64,000 nt of DNA from an uncultured Spirochaetota bacterium (GCA_963734495.1 CAVTHK010000011.1:32001-96000), one strand, 5' to 3'. Positions 37,114-47,839 are shown, counted from the first letter of the stretch. Numbers and translations: made by a program. The notes: generated from the sequence alone by a model not told the origin.

Positions 37114-38061
37114 ATGTGGGCATACGTGGTGCGAAGGATCCTCGCGTTTGTGCCCACTATTTTCGTCGCGATCACGCTGATCTTTATCCTTACCCGGATG
37201 GTGCCCGGCAACCCCGTCTGGTCGCTCGTCGGCTACCAGGGCGTTTCTGACGAGAGGGTCAAGGAGGTGTCGCACGACATGGGGCTGGACAGGCCTGTCC
37301 TCGTGCAGTACATCGCCTGGCTGCCCAAGGTGCTGCGGGGCGACTTCGGGAACTCCGTGTTCTTCAACAGGCCCGTGATCGCGATCATCGCGGAACGGTT
37401 CCCGGTCACTCTGAGCCTGGCGGGGCTGTCGATGCTGCTCACCCTGGTGATGGCCCTCCCGCTGGGCATCCTCGCGGCGACCCGCCAGAACTCGTCGCTG
37501 GACCAGGCATCCATGGTGTTCTCCACCCTGGGCGTCTCCATTCCGAATTTCTGGCTCGGCTTTCTGCTGATGCTGCTCTTTGCCGTCATCCTGCGCTGGT
37601 TTCCCGCGGCAGGCTATCGGCCGGCTTCCATGGGCATCGTGCCCTGGCTCACCCGGCTCGTCCTGCCGGTGTTGACGCTCTCGATGTCGCAGATCGCGCT
37701 CCTGGTGCGCCAGACCCGCTCGAGCATGCTGGACGTTCTCGGCGAGGAGTACATCGTCACGGCGAGGGCGAAGGGCCTGAGCGAGGCCAAGGTGATCTAC
37801 AAGCACGCGCTCCGCAACGCGTTCGTGTTGATCATCACCATCATAGGTCTCACGTTCGCTCTCAGCCTCGGGGGGTCCGTGCTTGTCGAGACCGTTTTCG
37901 CGATCCCCGGCATCGGTCAGCTCATCACGACCGCCGCCATTCGTCGCGACTACCCCGTCATCGAGGGCGGCATAGCCTTTCTCACCGCGCTTTCGCTCGT
38001 CGCCAACCTGCTCGTGGACCTCTCCTACGCGATCATCAACCCGAGGGTGAGCTATGAGTGA
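37114..38061 (+). CDS. Peptide ABC transporter permease (DppB-like)
   Basis: GLDRP...QY, SIPNFWLG, YIVTARAKGL, DLSYAIINPR. Confidence 0.93.
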   Translation: MWAYVVRRILAFVPTIFVAITLIFILTRMVPGNPVWSLVGYQGVSDERVKEVSHDMGLDRPVLVQYIAWLPKVLRGDFGNSVFFNRPVIAIIAERFPVTLSLAGLSMLLTLVMALPLGILAATRQNSSLDQASMVFSTLGVSIPNFWLGFLLMLLFAVILRWFPAAGYRPASMGIVPWLTRLVLPVLTLSMSQIALLVRQTRSSMLDVLGEEYIVTARAKGLSEAKVIYKHALRNAFVLIITIIGLTFALSLGGSVLVETVFAIPGIGQLITTAAIRRDYPVIEGGIAFLTALSLVANLLVDLSYAIINPRVSYE

Positions 38062-38956
38062 CCGACCCGCAAGCCTCGCGGCGCCCGTCCGACGACGGTG
38101 GCACGAGGAGCTCCGGCGGATGTTCGGCAACAGGCTGTTCCTCCTCGGGCTGGTCATCCTCTTCCCCATATGCGTCGCCGCCGTCGCTGCTCCCTGGCTC
38201 ACGCCCTACGACCCCGTCAAGATGGATACCAGGAACTCGCTCCTTCCGATGAGCCTGGCGCACCCGTTTGGCACGGACGAGCTGGGTCGCGACGTGCTCT
38301 CTCGCGTCCTCTTCGGTGCGCGCATTTCGCTGCGGGTGAGCAGCCTGTGTGCCCTGTACTGCGCGCTGTTCGGAGTGCCGCTCGGTCTCCTGTCGGGCTA
38401 CTACCGGGCTCTGGATGCGGTGATCGGCCGGGTGGTGGACGCCCTCATGGTGTTCCCCGGTCTCATCATGGCCATTATGCTCATGGCTGCCCTCGGACCC
38501 GCCGAGACGAACGTCGTCATCGCGATGACCATCCTCTACACTCCGCGCATCGTCCGCGTGGTCCGCAGCTCGGTGATACAGCTCAAGTCTCAGGACTTTG
38601 TCGACGCCGCACGCGTGATCGGCGCGAGCGACGCGCGCGTCCTCCTGGTCCACATATTGCCCGGCGCGACTGCGCCGCTGATAGTCCAGGTCACCTTTCT
38701 GTTCGCATTGGCGATCCTGGTCGAAGCGAGCATGAGCTTTCTCGGCCTCGGGACGCCCCCGCCCGCGCCCAGTTGGGGAGTCATCATCAGCGACGGCAGG
38801 GACTTTATCGGGACCGCGCCGTGGCTCATGTTCTTTCCAGGTCTGGCCATATCTCTGGCCGTGATGGGGCTGAACTTTATGGGCGACGGGCTTCGGGACG
38901 TTCTCGACCCGCGACTGCGCAACACGGCCCGCGGGATCGGGAGCTCGGTGAGCTGA
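38054..38956 (+). CDS. Peptide ABC transporter permease (DppC-like)
   Basis: HPFGTDELGRDVLSR, FVDAARVIGAS, GDGLRDVLDPR. Confidence 0.93.
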   Translation: MSDRPASLAAPVRRRWHEELRRMFGNRLFLLGLVILFPICVAAVAAPWLTPYDPVKMDTRNSLLPMSLAHPFGTDELGRDVLSRVLFGARISLRVSSLCALYCALFGVPLGLLSGYYRALDAVIGRVVDALMVFPGLIMAIMLMAALGPAETNVVIAMTILYTPRIVRVVRSSVIQLKSQDFVDAARVIGASDARVLLVHILPGATAPLIVQVTFLFALAILVEASMSFLGLGTPPPAPSWGVIISDGRDFIGTAPWLMFFPGLAISLAVMGLNFMGDGLRDVLDPRLRNTARGIGSSVS

Positions 38957-38958
38957 AG

Positions 38959-39999
38959 ATGGGTGATCGTGGAGCCCGGGTCGTGCGGAGCGCAGGCGCC
39001 GCGCACCTCCTGGAGATCAAAGGCCTCGAGACCCGCTTCTTCACCGACGCGGGCGTCGTGCGCGCGGTCGACGGCGTGGACCTGTGGGTCGACAGCGGCG
39101 AGATCCTCGGAGTGGTCGGGGAGTCCGGCTGCGGAAAGACCATGACGGCGCGCTCGATCCTCAGGCTCATCCCCAAGCCGGGCAGGATCGTCGCAGGAAG
39201 CATCGTCCTTGACGGCGTGGACCTCCTCGCACTGCCCGAAGCCGAGATGCGCGCGATGAGAGGCAGAGACATCTCCATGGTCTTCCAGGAGCCGATGGTC
39301 AGCCTCAACCCCGTGTTCCGAGTCGGCAACCAGATCGAGGAGATCCTCGTGACTCATCGCAGGACGATGAGCAGGGGAGAGCGGAGAGAGCGTGTTCTCG
39401 AGCTCCTGCGGCTCGTCGGGATCCCCTCGCCTGAGCAGAGAATGCGCAGCTATCCCCACGAGCTCTCAGGCGGCATGCGGCAGCGCGTCATGATCGCCAT
39501 GGCCCTGGCCTGCGGAAACCCGAAGCTGCTGATCGCAGACGAGCCCACTACGGCTCTGGACGTCACGATCCAGGCCCAGATCCTCGAGCTCTTCCAGAAG
39601 CTCCTCAGGGAGATGGGAATGTCGGTGATGCTCATCACGCACGATCTCGGTGTGGTCGCGGAAACGGCGAACCGGGTCGTCGTGATGTACGCCGGGAGCG
39701 TCGTGGAAACCGCTACCGTCGGGGAGCTGTTTCGCGCTCCCCTGCACCCGTACACGCGCGGCCTTCTCCGGTCCCTGCCCCAGGCCGGAAGGGACAGCCG
39801 CAAGGGCCTCCTGTACACCATCCCCGGCGCCGTCCCCGACCTCCTGCACCTCGCGCCCGGATGCAAGTTCTTCGACCGGTGCCCCTATGCCAGGGCGGAG
39901 GTGTGCCGGGGGACCGAGCCAGCCCTCGAGGAGCCTGAGCCCGGTCACTCTGTCCGCTGCAGGCGGATTGGTGATATCCGCGACGGAGGGCAAGCGTGA
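38959..39999 (+). CDS. Peptide ABC transporter ATPase (DppD-like)
   Basis: [29 protein letters not shown], Cys-rich tail. Confidence 0.94.
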   Translation: MGDRGARVVRSAGAAHLLEIKGLETRFFTDAGVVRAVDGVDLWVDSGEILGVVGESGCGKTMTARSILRLIPKPGRIVAGSIVLDGVDLLALPEAEMRAMRGRDISMVFQEPMVSLNPVFRVGNQIEEILVTHRRTMSRGERRERVLELLRLVGIPSPEQRMRSYPHELSGGMRQRVMIAMALACGNPKLLIADEPTTALDVTIQAQILELFQKLLREMGMSVMLITHDLGVVAETANRVVVMYAGSVVETATVGELFRAPLHPYTRGLLRSLPQAGRDSRKGLLYTIPGAVPDLLHLAPGCKFFDRCPYARAEVCRGTEPALEEPEPGHSVRCRRIGDIRDGGQA

Positions 40000-40982
40000 C
40001 AGGCGCGACAGAAGCGAAAGCGCCCTTCTTTGCCGTGCGGAATCTCACAAAGCGCTTCCCCGTCCGCAGAGGCGTGTTCCTCCGGACAACGGGCCACATC
40101 AGTGCCGTGGACGACATCAGCTTCGAGGTCGACCAGGGCACCACTCTCGGGCTCGTGGGGGAATCCGGGTGCGGCAAGACCACGACCGCGCGGATGATCC
40201 TCCACCTCGAGAAGCCGAGCGCCGGGCAGATGCTGCTCGAGGGTGAAAACACGGTCGACATTCGGGGAGAGCGCCTGCGGCAGTTCCGCCGTCGCGTGCA
40301 GCTCATCTTCCAGGACCCCTACTCGTCCCTGAACCCCCACAGGAACATCGAGCAGATCATCGGGGAGCCCTTTGTCGTCCACAAGCTCTCGCGACGAGCC
40401 CAGGTCCGCGAGAGGGTCGCCGCAACCCTCGAGCTCGTGAACCTCCCATCCGATACCATGCGCAAGTATCCCCATGAGCTCTCCGGAGGCCAGCGTCAGC
40501 GCGTCGGTATAGCCCGCGCCCTCACGTTGAGCCCCAAGATCGTGGTCTGCGACGAACCGGTCTCCGCGCTGGACGTGTCCATCAGGTCTCAGATCATCAA
40601 CCTTCTGATCGATCTGCAGAAGAGGCTCGGTCTCACCTACCTCTTTATCGCGCATGACCTCTCGGTGGTCGAGCACGTGAGCGATCGGGTTGCGGTCATG
40701 TACCTGGGAAAGATCGTCGAGATGGCGCCGGCCGGCGCTTTCTTCGCCGGGCACCTGCACCCGTACACCGAAGCCCTCCTCTCCGCGGTCCCGGTGCCCG
40801 ATCCCGGGCGAAAGCGGGAGCGCATCATCCTCTCCGGCGACGTGCCGAGCCCCTTGAACCCGCCGAGCGGCTGCAGGTTCCGCACCCGCTGCCCTCTCGC
40901 CCAGGGCATCTGCGCGAAGCAGGAGCCGCAGCTCAAAGAACGCTCAGCGGGGCATTTCGTCGCCTGTCATCTGCGAGGGTGA
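39996..40982 (+). CDS. Peptide ABC transporter ATPase (DppF-like)
   Basis: [36 protein letters not shown]. Confidence 0.94.
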   Translation: MTGATEAKAPFFAVRNLTKRFPVRRGVFLRTTGHISAVDDISFEVDQGTTLGLVGESGCGKTTTARMILHLEKPSAGQMLLEGENTVDIRGERLRQFRRRVQLIFQDPYSSLNPHRNIEQIIGEPFVVHKLSRRAQVRERVAATLELVNLPSDTMRKYPHELSGGQRQRVGIARALTLSPKIVVCDEPVSALDVSIRSQIINLLIDLQKRLGLTYLFIAHDLSVVEHVSDRVAVMYLGKIVEMAPAGAFFAGHLHPYTEALLSAVPVPDPGRKRERIILSGDVPSPLNPPSGCRFRTRCPLAQGICAKQEPQLKERSAGHFVACHLRG

Positions 40983-42499
40983 CAAGGGATGAACCCGTGA
41001 AGCCGAACATCGTGGTGATCCTTGCCGACGACGTCGGGTATGGCGATTTCGGCAGCCTCAACCCCGCCTCGAAGATCCCGACCCCGAACATCGACGGCCT
41101 GGCGCAAAAGGGCATGGTCTTTACCGACGCTCACTCCGGCTCGTCCGTGTGCACGCCGTCGCGCTACGGGCTGCTCACGGGGAGGTACTGTTGGCGGTCG
41201 CGGCTGCAGCGAAGCGTTCTGTACAGCTACGAGCCCCCGCTCATCGAGCCCGGACGCCCGACGGTGGCGACCGTGCTCCGCGGGGCGGGGTACCGCACCG
41301 CGTGCGTGGGCAAGTGGCACCTCGGCCTCGGGTTCTCCGCGCGCGAGGGAAGACCCGTCGATTTTTCCCGCGAGCTTCCGTGGCCGGAGGCCGACCGCGC
41401 GCTCGAGGAAAGCATGGACTTCGAGGCGCCGGTCACGGGCGGGCCGCTGGCGCTCGGGTTCGACTCCTTCTTTGGCACGTCGGGCTGCTCGACCTGCCAG
41501 CCGCCCTACGGCTTTATCGACGGCGACCGGTTCGTCACCCCCCCCTCGTTCTACGTGGAGCGGTTCCCCTATACGGGGAGACCGGGCATGACCGCGCCAG
41601 GTTGGGACCACGCAGAGGCAGACCCGACATTCGCGCGCAAGGCTGTGGAGTTCGTGCTCTCCCAGAATGGGTCCTCGCGGCCCTTTTTCCTCTACCTCGC
41701 CGCGTCTGCCGCCCACGAGCCTTGCGTGGACAAAGTCGTCCCCCGGTTCGCCCGCGGCCGCAGCGCGGCGGGGCCCAGGGGCGACCTCGTCTGGCTTTTC
41801 GACTGGATCGTGGGCCAGGTCGTGGAGGCTCTTGCCCGCATCGGCCAGCTGGACAACACGGCGATCTTCGTGACCAGCGACAACGGGGCGCTTCCCGGCG
41901 ACCGGGTCATGACGGCTTCCGGCCGCGAGGAGTATCGGACCTACGGCCACAGGTCCTGCGGAGACTGGCGGGGATACAAATCGCACATATGGGAAGGCGG
42001 ACACCGGGAGCCGTTGATCGTCTCGTGGCCGGGCCGCATCGAGCCGGGCTCGATCTGCGATGCGCTGGTCTGTCTGAACGACGTCGTGTCCACGGCCTCG
42101 GAAATGGCGGGAGCTTCCGTGCCGCGAGGGGCGGCCGAGGACAGCCGCAGCTTCCTGCCCCTCCTTCTCGGCAGGACGCCGGGCGAGCCCGCGCGCGTCG
42201 ACCTGGTCCACCATTCCGTGACCGGCGTGTTCTCGATCAGGCGCCGCGAGTGGAAGCTCATTCACGAGACCCTCGGCTCCGGCGGCTGGCCTCCCCCTGC
42301 CGGCGGGGGGCCGCAGCCTGGCAGTCCCGGTCAGCTCTACAACCTGGCGCTGGATCCGGCCGAGAAGAACAACCTGTTTGGTCGCGAGAAAGGCATCGTG
42401 CGCGAGCTCACCGAGCTCCTCGAGCATACCCGTTCCGACGCCGATTCGCCCCGGGCCGAGGCGCGCGGGCGCAAGACCCCTCTGGAGGATGAAACATGA
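40979..42499 (+). CDS. Cys-type (formylglycine) arylsulfatase-family protein, cytoplasmic
   Basis: PNIVVILADDVG, CTPSRYGLLTGRY, GKWHLG, TSDNG, WEGGHREP. Confidence 0.93.
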   Translation: MTRDEPVKPNIVVILADDVGYGDFGSLNPASKIPTPNIDGLAQKGMVFTDAHSGSSVCTPSRYGLLTGRYCWRSRLQRSVLYSYEPPLIEPGRPTVATVLRGAGYRTACVGKWHLGLGFSAREGRPVDFSRELPWPEADRALEESMDFEAPVTGGPLALGFDSFFGTSGCSTCQPPYGFIDGDRFVTPPSFYVERFPYTGRPGMTAPGWDHAEADPTFARKAVEFVLSQNGSSRPFFLYLAASAAHEPCVDKVVPRFARGRSAAGPRGDLVWLFDWIVGQVVEALARIGQLDNTAIFVTSDNGALPGDRVMTASGREEYRTYGHRSCGDWRGYKSHIWEGGHREPLIVSWPGRIEPGSICDALVCLNDVVSTASEMAGASVPRGAAEDSRSFLPLLLGRTPGEPARVDLVHHSVTGVFSIRRREWKLIHETLGSGGWPPPAGGGPQPGSPGQLYNLALDPAEKNNLFGREKGIVRELTELLEHTRSDADSPRAEARGRKTPLEDET

Positions 42500-43473
42500 A
42501 GGACCAGAAGCTGCTCTACCTGTCGCGCGCCGACGTCGAAGCCGTCGGTCTCTCCATGCGCGAGATCATCGAAAGCGTCGAGGCCGCCTTTTGCGAAAAG
42601 GGATGCGGCCGCGTCGAGATGCCCCCCAAGCCGGCCGTGCACCCGGGGGCCAATACCTTCGCGCATGCCATGCCGGCCTTTATCCCCGCGCTGCGGTCGG
42701 TCGGGGTCAAGTGGGTGAGCGGCAACCCGGACAACCCGAAGCAGGGGATCCCCTACATCAACGGGCTCGTCATCCTGAACGACCCGGAAACCGTCTCGCC
42801 CGTCGCGGTCATGGACTGCACCTGGATCACGGCCAAGCGCACCGGCGCGGCCACAGCTATCGCAGCGAAGTATCTGGCGCGCAGCGAGGCGAAGACCATC
42901 GGCATCCTCGGCGCGGGGGTGCAGGGGTTCGGCAACCTCGAGGCGCTCAAGAGCCTTTTCCCGATCGAGCACGTGACCGTCTACGACCTTCGGCCCGAAG
43001 CCGCGCGACTCTACCGCGAGAAGGCTCTTTCGGCGTGGCCGGACATGACCGTGGTCGTCGCCACCGGCCCGCGCGAGGCCGTCGAGGGGATGGACCTGGT
43101 CGTGACCGCGGGGCCGACCGTCCGACCGCCGCATGCAACCATCAAGGCGGGCTGGCTCGGTGCCGGCAGCTTCGCGTCGATGGTGGACTACGACTCCTAC
43201 TGGGACCGAGCGGCGCTCAGGGAGGCGGACAAGTTCACGACCGACGACGTCCCGCAGCTCGAGGACCACAAGAAGCTCGGCTACTTCCTGGACATCCCGC
43301 CCGTCTACGCGGAGTTAGGCGAGATAGTGGCCGGGCTGAAGAAGGGGCGCGAAAGCAGCCGCGAACGCAACATCGCGTGCAACCTGGGGCTCGCCATAGA
43401 CGACATGGCGGTGGCGCCCCTCATCTACGAGCGGGCGCGCGAGCGCGGCATCGGCACCTGGCTCCCGCTGTAG
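42496..43473 (+). CDS. Ornithine cyclodeaminase/mu-crystallin family protein
   Basis: HAMPA, GVKWV, ITAKRTGA, GILGAGVQG, ELGEIVAG, GLAIDD. Confidence 0.92.
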   Translation: MKDQKLLYLSRADVEAVGLSMREIIESVEAAFCEKGCGRVEMPPKPAVHPGANTFAHAMPAFIPALRSVGVKWVSGNPDNPKQGIPYINGLVILNDPETVSPVAVMDCTWITAKRTGAATAIAAKYLARSEAKTIGILGAGVQGFGNLEALKSLFPIEHVTVYDLRPEAARLYREKALSAWPDMTVVVATGPREAVEGMDLVVTAGPTVRPPHATIKAGWLGAGSFASMVDYDSYWDRAALREADKFTTDDVPQLEDHKKLGYFLDIPPVYAELGEIVAGLKKGRESSRERNIACNLGLAIDDMAVAPLIYERARERGIGTWLPL

Positions 43474-43495
43474 CGGCGTTCGCGGCCGCGTCCCC

Positions 43496-45190
43496 CTACA
43501 CCACCAAGGTGCGGCTCTGCTCGCGCATGTAGAGCGGCACGTACCAGCGGCCGCCGGCGTTCTTGCCCGTGGAGCCGGAGCCCTTCCAGCCGCCGAAGGG
43601 TTGGAAACCAGGCCACGCGCCTGTCGTCGAGCCCTGCGCGCGGTTGGCGTAGACCACGCCGGCCTCGACGCGGTCAAAGAACACCGCCGCTTCCTCTTCG
43701 CTCCCGTAAAAGCCGGCCGTGAGCCCGTAAGGGGTGTCGTTCGCCAGGCGGATGCCTTCATCTATATCCTCAACCGGCGCGACGGTGAGGATCGGCAGAA
43801 ACATCTCGTGCTTCCACAGCCTGTGGCTCAGGGGAATGTCCGCCGCGATCGTCGGCTCGCAGAAGAAGCCCTGCGCGAAGGCGCCTTCGGTGAGCACTCT
43901 GCCGCCGGTCACGATCCTGCCCGCGCGGGCGAGCTCGCCGGTGAACTGCCGGTAGTCTCGATACGCGGCCTCGTTGATCACGGGGCCGAGGAAGACGCCG
44001 CGCTCCGTCGGGTCGCCGATGACGAGCCTCCTGGTCGCGGCGACGAGACGCTCCAGGAGCTCGCCGTAGACCTGCCGCTCGACAAAGAGGCGCGAGTTGG
44101 CCGAGCACTTCTGGCCCTGCAGGCCGAAGGCCGAGCGGACGATGCCGGCCGTCGCCCGCTCGAGGTCCGCGTTCCGCGAGACGATGCACGGGTTCTTGCC
44201 GCCGAGCTCGAGGATCGTCGGCCGCGGGTGACGGCCCGAAGCGAAGGCACGGTAGATCCCCATGCCCACATCGAGCGACCCCGTAAAGGTGATGCCGTCG
44301 ACCCCGGGGTTGGTGACCAGCTCCTGGCCGATCGTACCGCCCGGGCCCGTGACGTAGTTGAAGACGCCGCCGGGAATCCCGGCGTCCCGCAGCGCCTCCG
44401 CGAGCAGGCGCCCGGTCCAGGGCGTCTTGCTCGCGGGCTTGAAGACCACAGCGTTCCCCGCTGCGAGCGCTGCCCCGGTGGGGCCGCCGGTCAGGGCGCC
44501 AGGGAAATTGAAGGGACTGATCACGACCCAGACCCCGTGGGGCCGGAGCACCGAGACGTTGCGGACGTTGATGCCGGGGATCGGGTCCTTTCCCATGGAC
44601 GCGACGAAGCCGCCGTTGGCCTCGACCTGGTCGCAGGCGTAGCGGATCAGGTCGGCGGTCTCGGCCGCGTCGCCCAGCGCCTCCGTGCGGATTTTGCCGA
44701 CCTCGAGCGAGATCGCTGCCCCGAAGTCGTAGATGCGCTCGTCGATGATCGCGGCCGCCCGGCGGAGGAGGCGCACGCGCTCCTTCCACGGCGTGCCCGA
44801 CCATGCGGGCCACGCCTTGCGCGCCGCCTCGATCGCCTGGCGGCCGTGCTCCGCCGTGCCCTGCGGGAACAGGCCGAGCACCCAGTCACGGTTGATCGGC
44901 GAGCGGTCCTGGAACTGGTTGGCCGCCCGCACCTCCCGGCCTCCGATGATCATGCCGTACTCGCGCCCGAGCCTCGCCCTGGTGTCTGCGAGGGCCTTCT
45001 CGTAGCGCGCGTGGAGCTGCTCAGGCGGGTTGAACATTGTGGCGTACGTCAACTTGAAGGGAGCCGCCGAATGGCTTCCCGCTGTCCTGCGCGTGATGGT
45101 CTTGCCGGGCGCCTTTCTTGCCCTCGCCTTTCTTCCGGGGGCCCTGACTGCTTTCCGGGTCGCTGCTTTCGTCACTCTCCGCGTCGCCAT
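43496..45190 (-). CDS. Aldehyde dehydrogenase, 1-pyrroline-5-carboxylate dehydrogenase-like
   Basis: ISPFNFP, FTGS, ELGGKN, FGLQGQKCSA, EMFLP, GSTTGAWPGFQPFGGWKGSG; GGAGG RBS. Confidence 0.9.
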   Translation of the reverse strand: MATRRVTKAATRKAVRAPGRKARARKAPGKTITRRTAGSHSAAPFKLTYATMFNPPEQLHARYEKALADTRARLGREYGMIIGGREVRAANQFQDRSPINRDWVLGLFPQGTAEHGRQAIEAARKAWPAWSGTPWKERVRLLRRAAAIIDERIYDFGAAISLEVGKIRTEALGDAAETADLIRYACDQVEANGGFVASMGKDPIPGINVRNVSVLRPHGVWVVISPFNFPGALTGGPTGAALAAGNAVVFKPASKTPWTGRLLAEALRDAGIPGGVFNYVTGPGGTIGQELVTNPGVDGITFTGSLDVGMGIYRAFASGRHPRPTILELGGKNPCIVSRNADLERATAGIVRSAFGLQGQKCSANSRLFVERQVYGELLERLVAATRRLVIGDPTERGVFLGPVINEAAYRDYRQFTGELARAGRIVTGGRVLTEGAFAQGFFCEPTIAADIPLSHRLWKHEMFLPILTVAPVEDIDEGIRLANDTPYGLTAGFYGSEEEAAVFFDRVEAGVVYANRAQGSTTGAWPGFQPFGGWKGSGSTGKNAGGRWYVPLYMREQSRTLVV

Positions 45191-45229
45191 GCTGCGCCTC
45201 CTATGACCTGGCGTCATCGCCAGGTCCCA

Positions 45230-45254
45230 AGCCCCCCCAATCCTTGGGGGGGCT
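45230..45254. other. Perfect 11-bp hairpin (C7/G7 stem) in intergenic region
   Basis: AGCCCCCCCAA-TCC-TTGGGGGGGCT. Confidence 0.7.
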
Positions 45255-45295
45255 ACGAAAGTACTCGCGCATCTCGCCGCCGTCCACCACGGGGC

Positions 45296-46495
45296 TTATA
45301 GCGGACCGGTCCCCCGCGGCTCCATCTCGCGGTCGAGGCCGAACGGGTTGTCCGCGGCCCCGAGGCGGCCGGCGAGCAGGTCCGCGAGCAGGCGGCTTCC
45401 CGCCGGGCTCGCCATTACGCCGTGGCCGCTGTACCCCGTGTTGACCCAGAGCCCTTCGACCCCGGTGGGCCCGATCAGCGGGCGGTGATCAGGGGTCATC
45501 GTGTACCGCCCCGCCTGGATCATCCACTGGATCGCGCCGTGCTCCCAGACGTCCCGCCAGAAAGGGGCGACGCGCGCGGCGGCGATCGGGCTCGCCGGGT
45601 CGAGCAGGCGGAAGGCGAGCTCGTGATCGATCCCCACAGGATCGGAAGGGTGCGTGGCCGCAGTGGTGGGGTCCGTGTAGAGCAGGTAGGCGCCCTGGAG
45701 CGCGGGCCTCCAGTGGACCCCGGTGTCCTCGTCGATCGTCATCGGCGCGTCGGCCGGCACCTGCGGGAGGTCGGGGAGCACGATCTTCTGCCGCCGCACG
45801 GCAGTCACCGGAAGCTGCACGCCCGCCTCGTGCGCGACCAGCGCCGAAAGCGGCCCGGCTGCGATCACCGCGGTGCGCGTGCTGATGACGCCCGCCGTCG
45901 TCTCCACGGCGGCCAGGCGCCCGCCCGAAAGCCGGAAGCCGGTCACGCTGCACCCGACAGCGGCCGGCGCGGCGGAGGCGGCGGCGAGCCCGTGCGTCAG
46001 CCGCTTCGGGTCGATGAAGCCGTCGCCCTGCCGGAAGCGCGCCTGGATCACGTCGGGGCTCGCGTAGGGAAAGCGGCGCCGCACCTCGCCGCCCGTGAGG
46101 ATCTCGATGTCCTTCTGTCCCCAGGAGTGCTGCTGCGCGACCAGCTCGCGCTGCCGCGCCGCGGCCGCGGGATCGGTCGTGAGGAAGAGGTAGCCCTGCG
46201 GTCGGACCCCCGGGTCATACGCTGTCTGGCGGGTCACCTCGGCGAAGTGGAGGAACAGCTCGACTGACTCGCGCACGAGGTCCATTTCTTCGCGGGTGTC
46301 GAACTGCAGGCGGAAGCCGCCGGTGGCCGCGGCTGTGGTCAAGGTCGCCAGTCTCGGCCTGCGCTCGACGATCAGCGGGTGCATCCCCGCGCGCGCGGCA
46401 AAGAAGGCGGTGGCCGCGCCCACGACCCCTCCGCCGACGATGACCAGGTCAGCGGTGCGGGGCGGCTCTCGCAGGTAGGTGATGGTCGGCCCCAT
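45296..46495 (-). CDS. FAD-dependent oxidoreductase (DAO / sarcosine oxidase beta family)
   Basis: VIVGGGVVG, GFIDP, IAAGP, YTMTPDHRPLIG, GYSGHGVM. Confidence 0.92.
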   Translation of the reverse strand: MGPTITYLREPPRTADLVIVGGGVVGAATAFFAARAGMHPLIVERRPRLATLTTAAATGGFRLQFDTREEMDLVRESVELFLHFAEVTRQTAYDPGVRPQGYLFLTTDPAAAARQRELVAQQHSWGQKDIEILTGGEVRRRFPYASPDVIQARFRQGDGFIDPKRLTHGLAAASAAPAAVGCSVTGFRLSGGRLAAVETTAGVISTRTAVIAAGPLSALVAHEAGVQLPVTAVRRQKIVLPDLPQVPADAPMTIDEDTGVHWRPALQGAYLLYTDPTTAATHPSDPVGIDHELAFRLLDPASPIAAARVAPFWRDVWEHGAIQWMIQAGRYTMTPDHRPLIGPTGVEGLWVNTGYSGHGVMASPAGSRLLADLLAGRLGAADNPFGLDREMEPRGTGPL

Positions 46496-46563
46496 CGTTG
46501 CCCCCCGCAGCAAAGGTGGTGGCAGCGGGAGCCCGCGGTCAAGGGGCGCGCAGCGTCGGCGCG

Positions 46564-47839
46564 TCAGCCGGAGGTGACGGGATTGCTGAGGGCGAGCAGC
46601 GTGCCCGCGGTGTCGCGCACCTCCACGACGCACCAGCGCGACCTGCCGGCGGCGACAGGGCGCGCGCCCTCGCCGTCCGCACGGAGCTCCAGCGGCGGCT
46701 CGCCCTCGCGCACGAGGCGCACGAGACTTCCGGGCGGGCAAGCGCCCCACCGGACGTTGCCGCCCTCGAAGGCCAGGCGCGGACCCGAGGTCAGGTAGAG
46801 CCGGCCGGCTGCAACGGCGGCAAGGATGGCGGCTTCGGTCCTGTCTTCGGCGGCGACCATATTGAACCCGACGTGGTCCTCGATGCCCGGCCCGTGGGCG
46901 TCGGTGCCTGCCGTCGCCACAAGCCGGTGCCCCTGCCGCAGCCACTCGTACCACAGCGCCAGAGCGCGCTCGTTGTTGCTTTCGCCCCCCCAGGGGCCGT
47001 TCCACACTTCGACGACACCCGCGGTTCCGGGCATCATGTCGTCGAACCGCCAGTCGCAGCCCGTGCAGTGAGGGTCGCCGACCGACGTCGGGTGGGCGAT
47101 CACGAAGAGCCCGCCGCGCCCCCGCACGTCGGCCGCGATCGCCTGCATGCTCCTGCCGCTTTCGATCACGCCCCAGTCGATCCAGTCGCGCGTGCCCAGG
47201 CTCAGCGCGTGGCCGTGGAACGTCGTGAGCTCGAAGCCCCCCATCACGAGCAGGTCGGCGGAAGTCATCTCCCCGATGCCCGCGAGGTGCGAGATCGTGT
47301 TGTGATCGGTCAGCGTGACGAAGTCGAGCCCGGCCGCGCGGGCGGCAGCGAGGAGGGCAGGCGTTTCCCAGGACCCGTCTGAGGCGACCGTGTGCGCGTG
47401 CAGGTCGCCCCGGTACCAGCCGGGCCCCGAGCGCCCGGGGCGCGCTCCGCGCGATGCAGCCGGCGCCGCGGGCGAGGGCGTCGTCGCCGCCCCCCGCTGC
47501 CAGTCGACGAGGACCTCGTAGGGGCAGGGCCCGCTCACGCGGTGGACGTGGATCACGACCGACCACTCGCCCGCGGGGAGCGGGCCGCGGAGGTAGCCCG
47601 GCGTCGCAAGGCTCGGGCCGATCGAGACCGAGTGCGAAGCTGCCGCCGCGGTGGCCGGAGCCGCGGAAGCCCTCAGGGTCGAAGAGGCTCAGGCAGAGCA
47701 TGTTCGAGAGCCTGCCGGGCTCACCGGCCGCGAACCTCAGCTCCAGATCAAGCTGCCCCGCCCCGGCAGGCACGCGGAACGTGCGCGCTACGTGGGTCTT
47801 CTGGTCGCTCGGGGAGAGCGTGCCGCCGAATCTCAGCAT
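46564..47839 (-). CDS. CehA/McbA-type PHP metallohydrolase (apparent +1 frameshift near 47638)
   Basis: N-part LFDPEGFRG joins, after one base is removed, ATPGYLRGPLPAGEW...GDLHAHT.ASDG, TDHN, AHP, GTDAH, SNPV. Confidence 0.82.
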
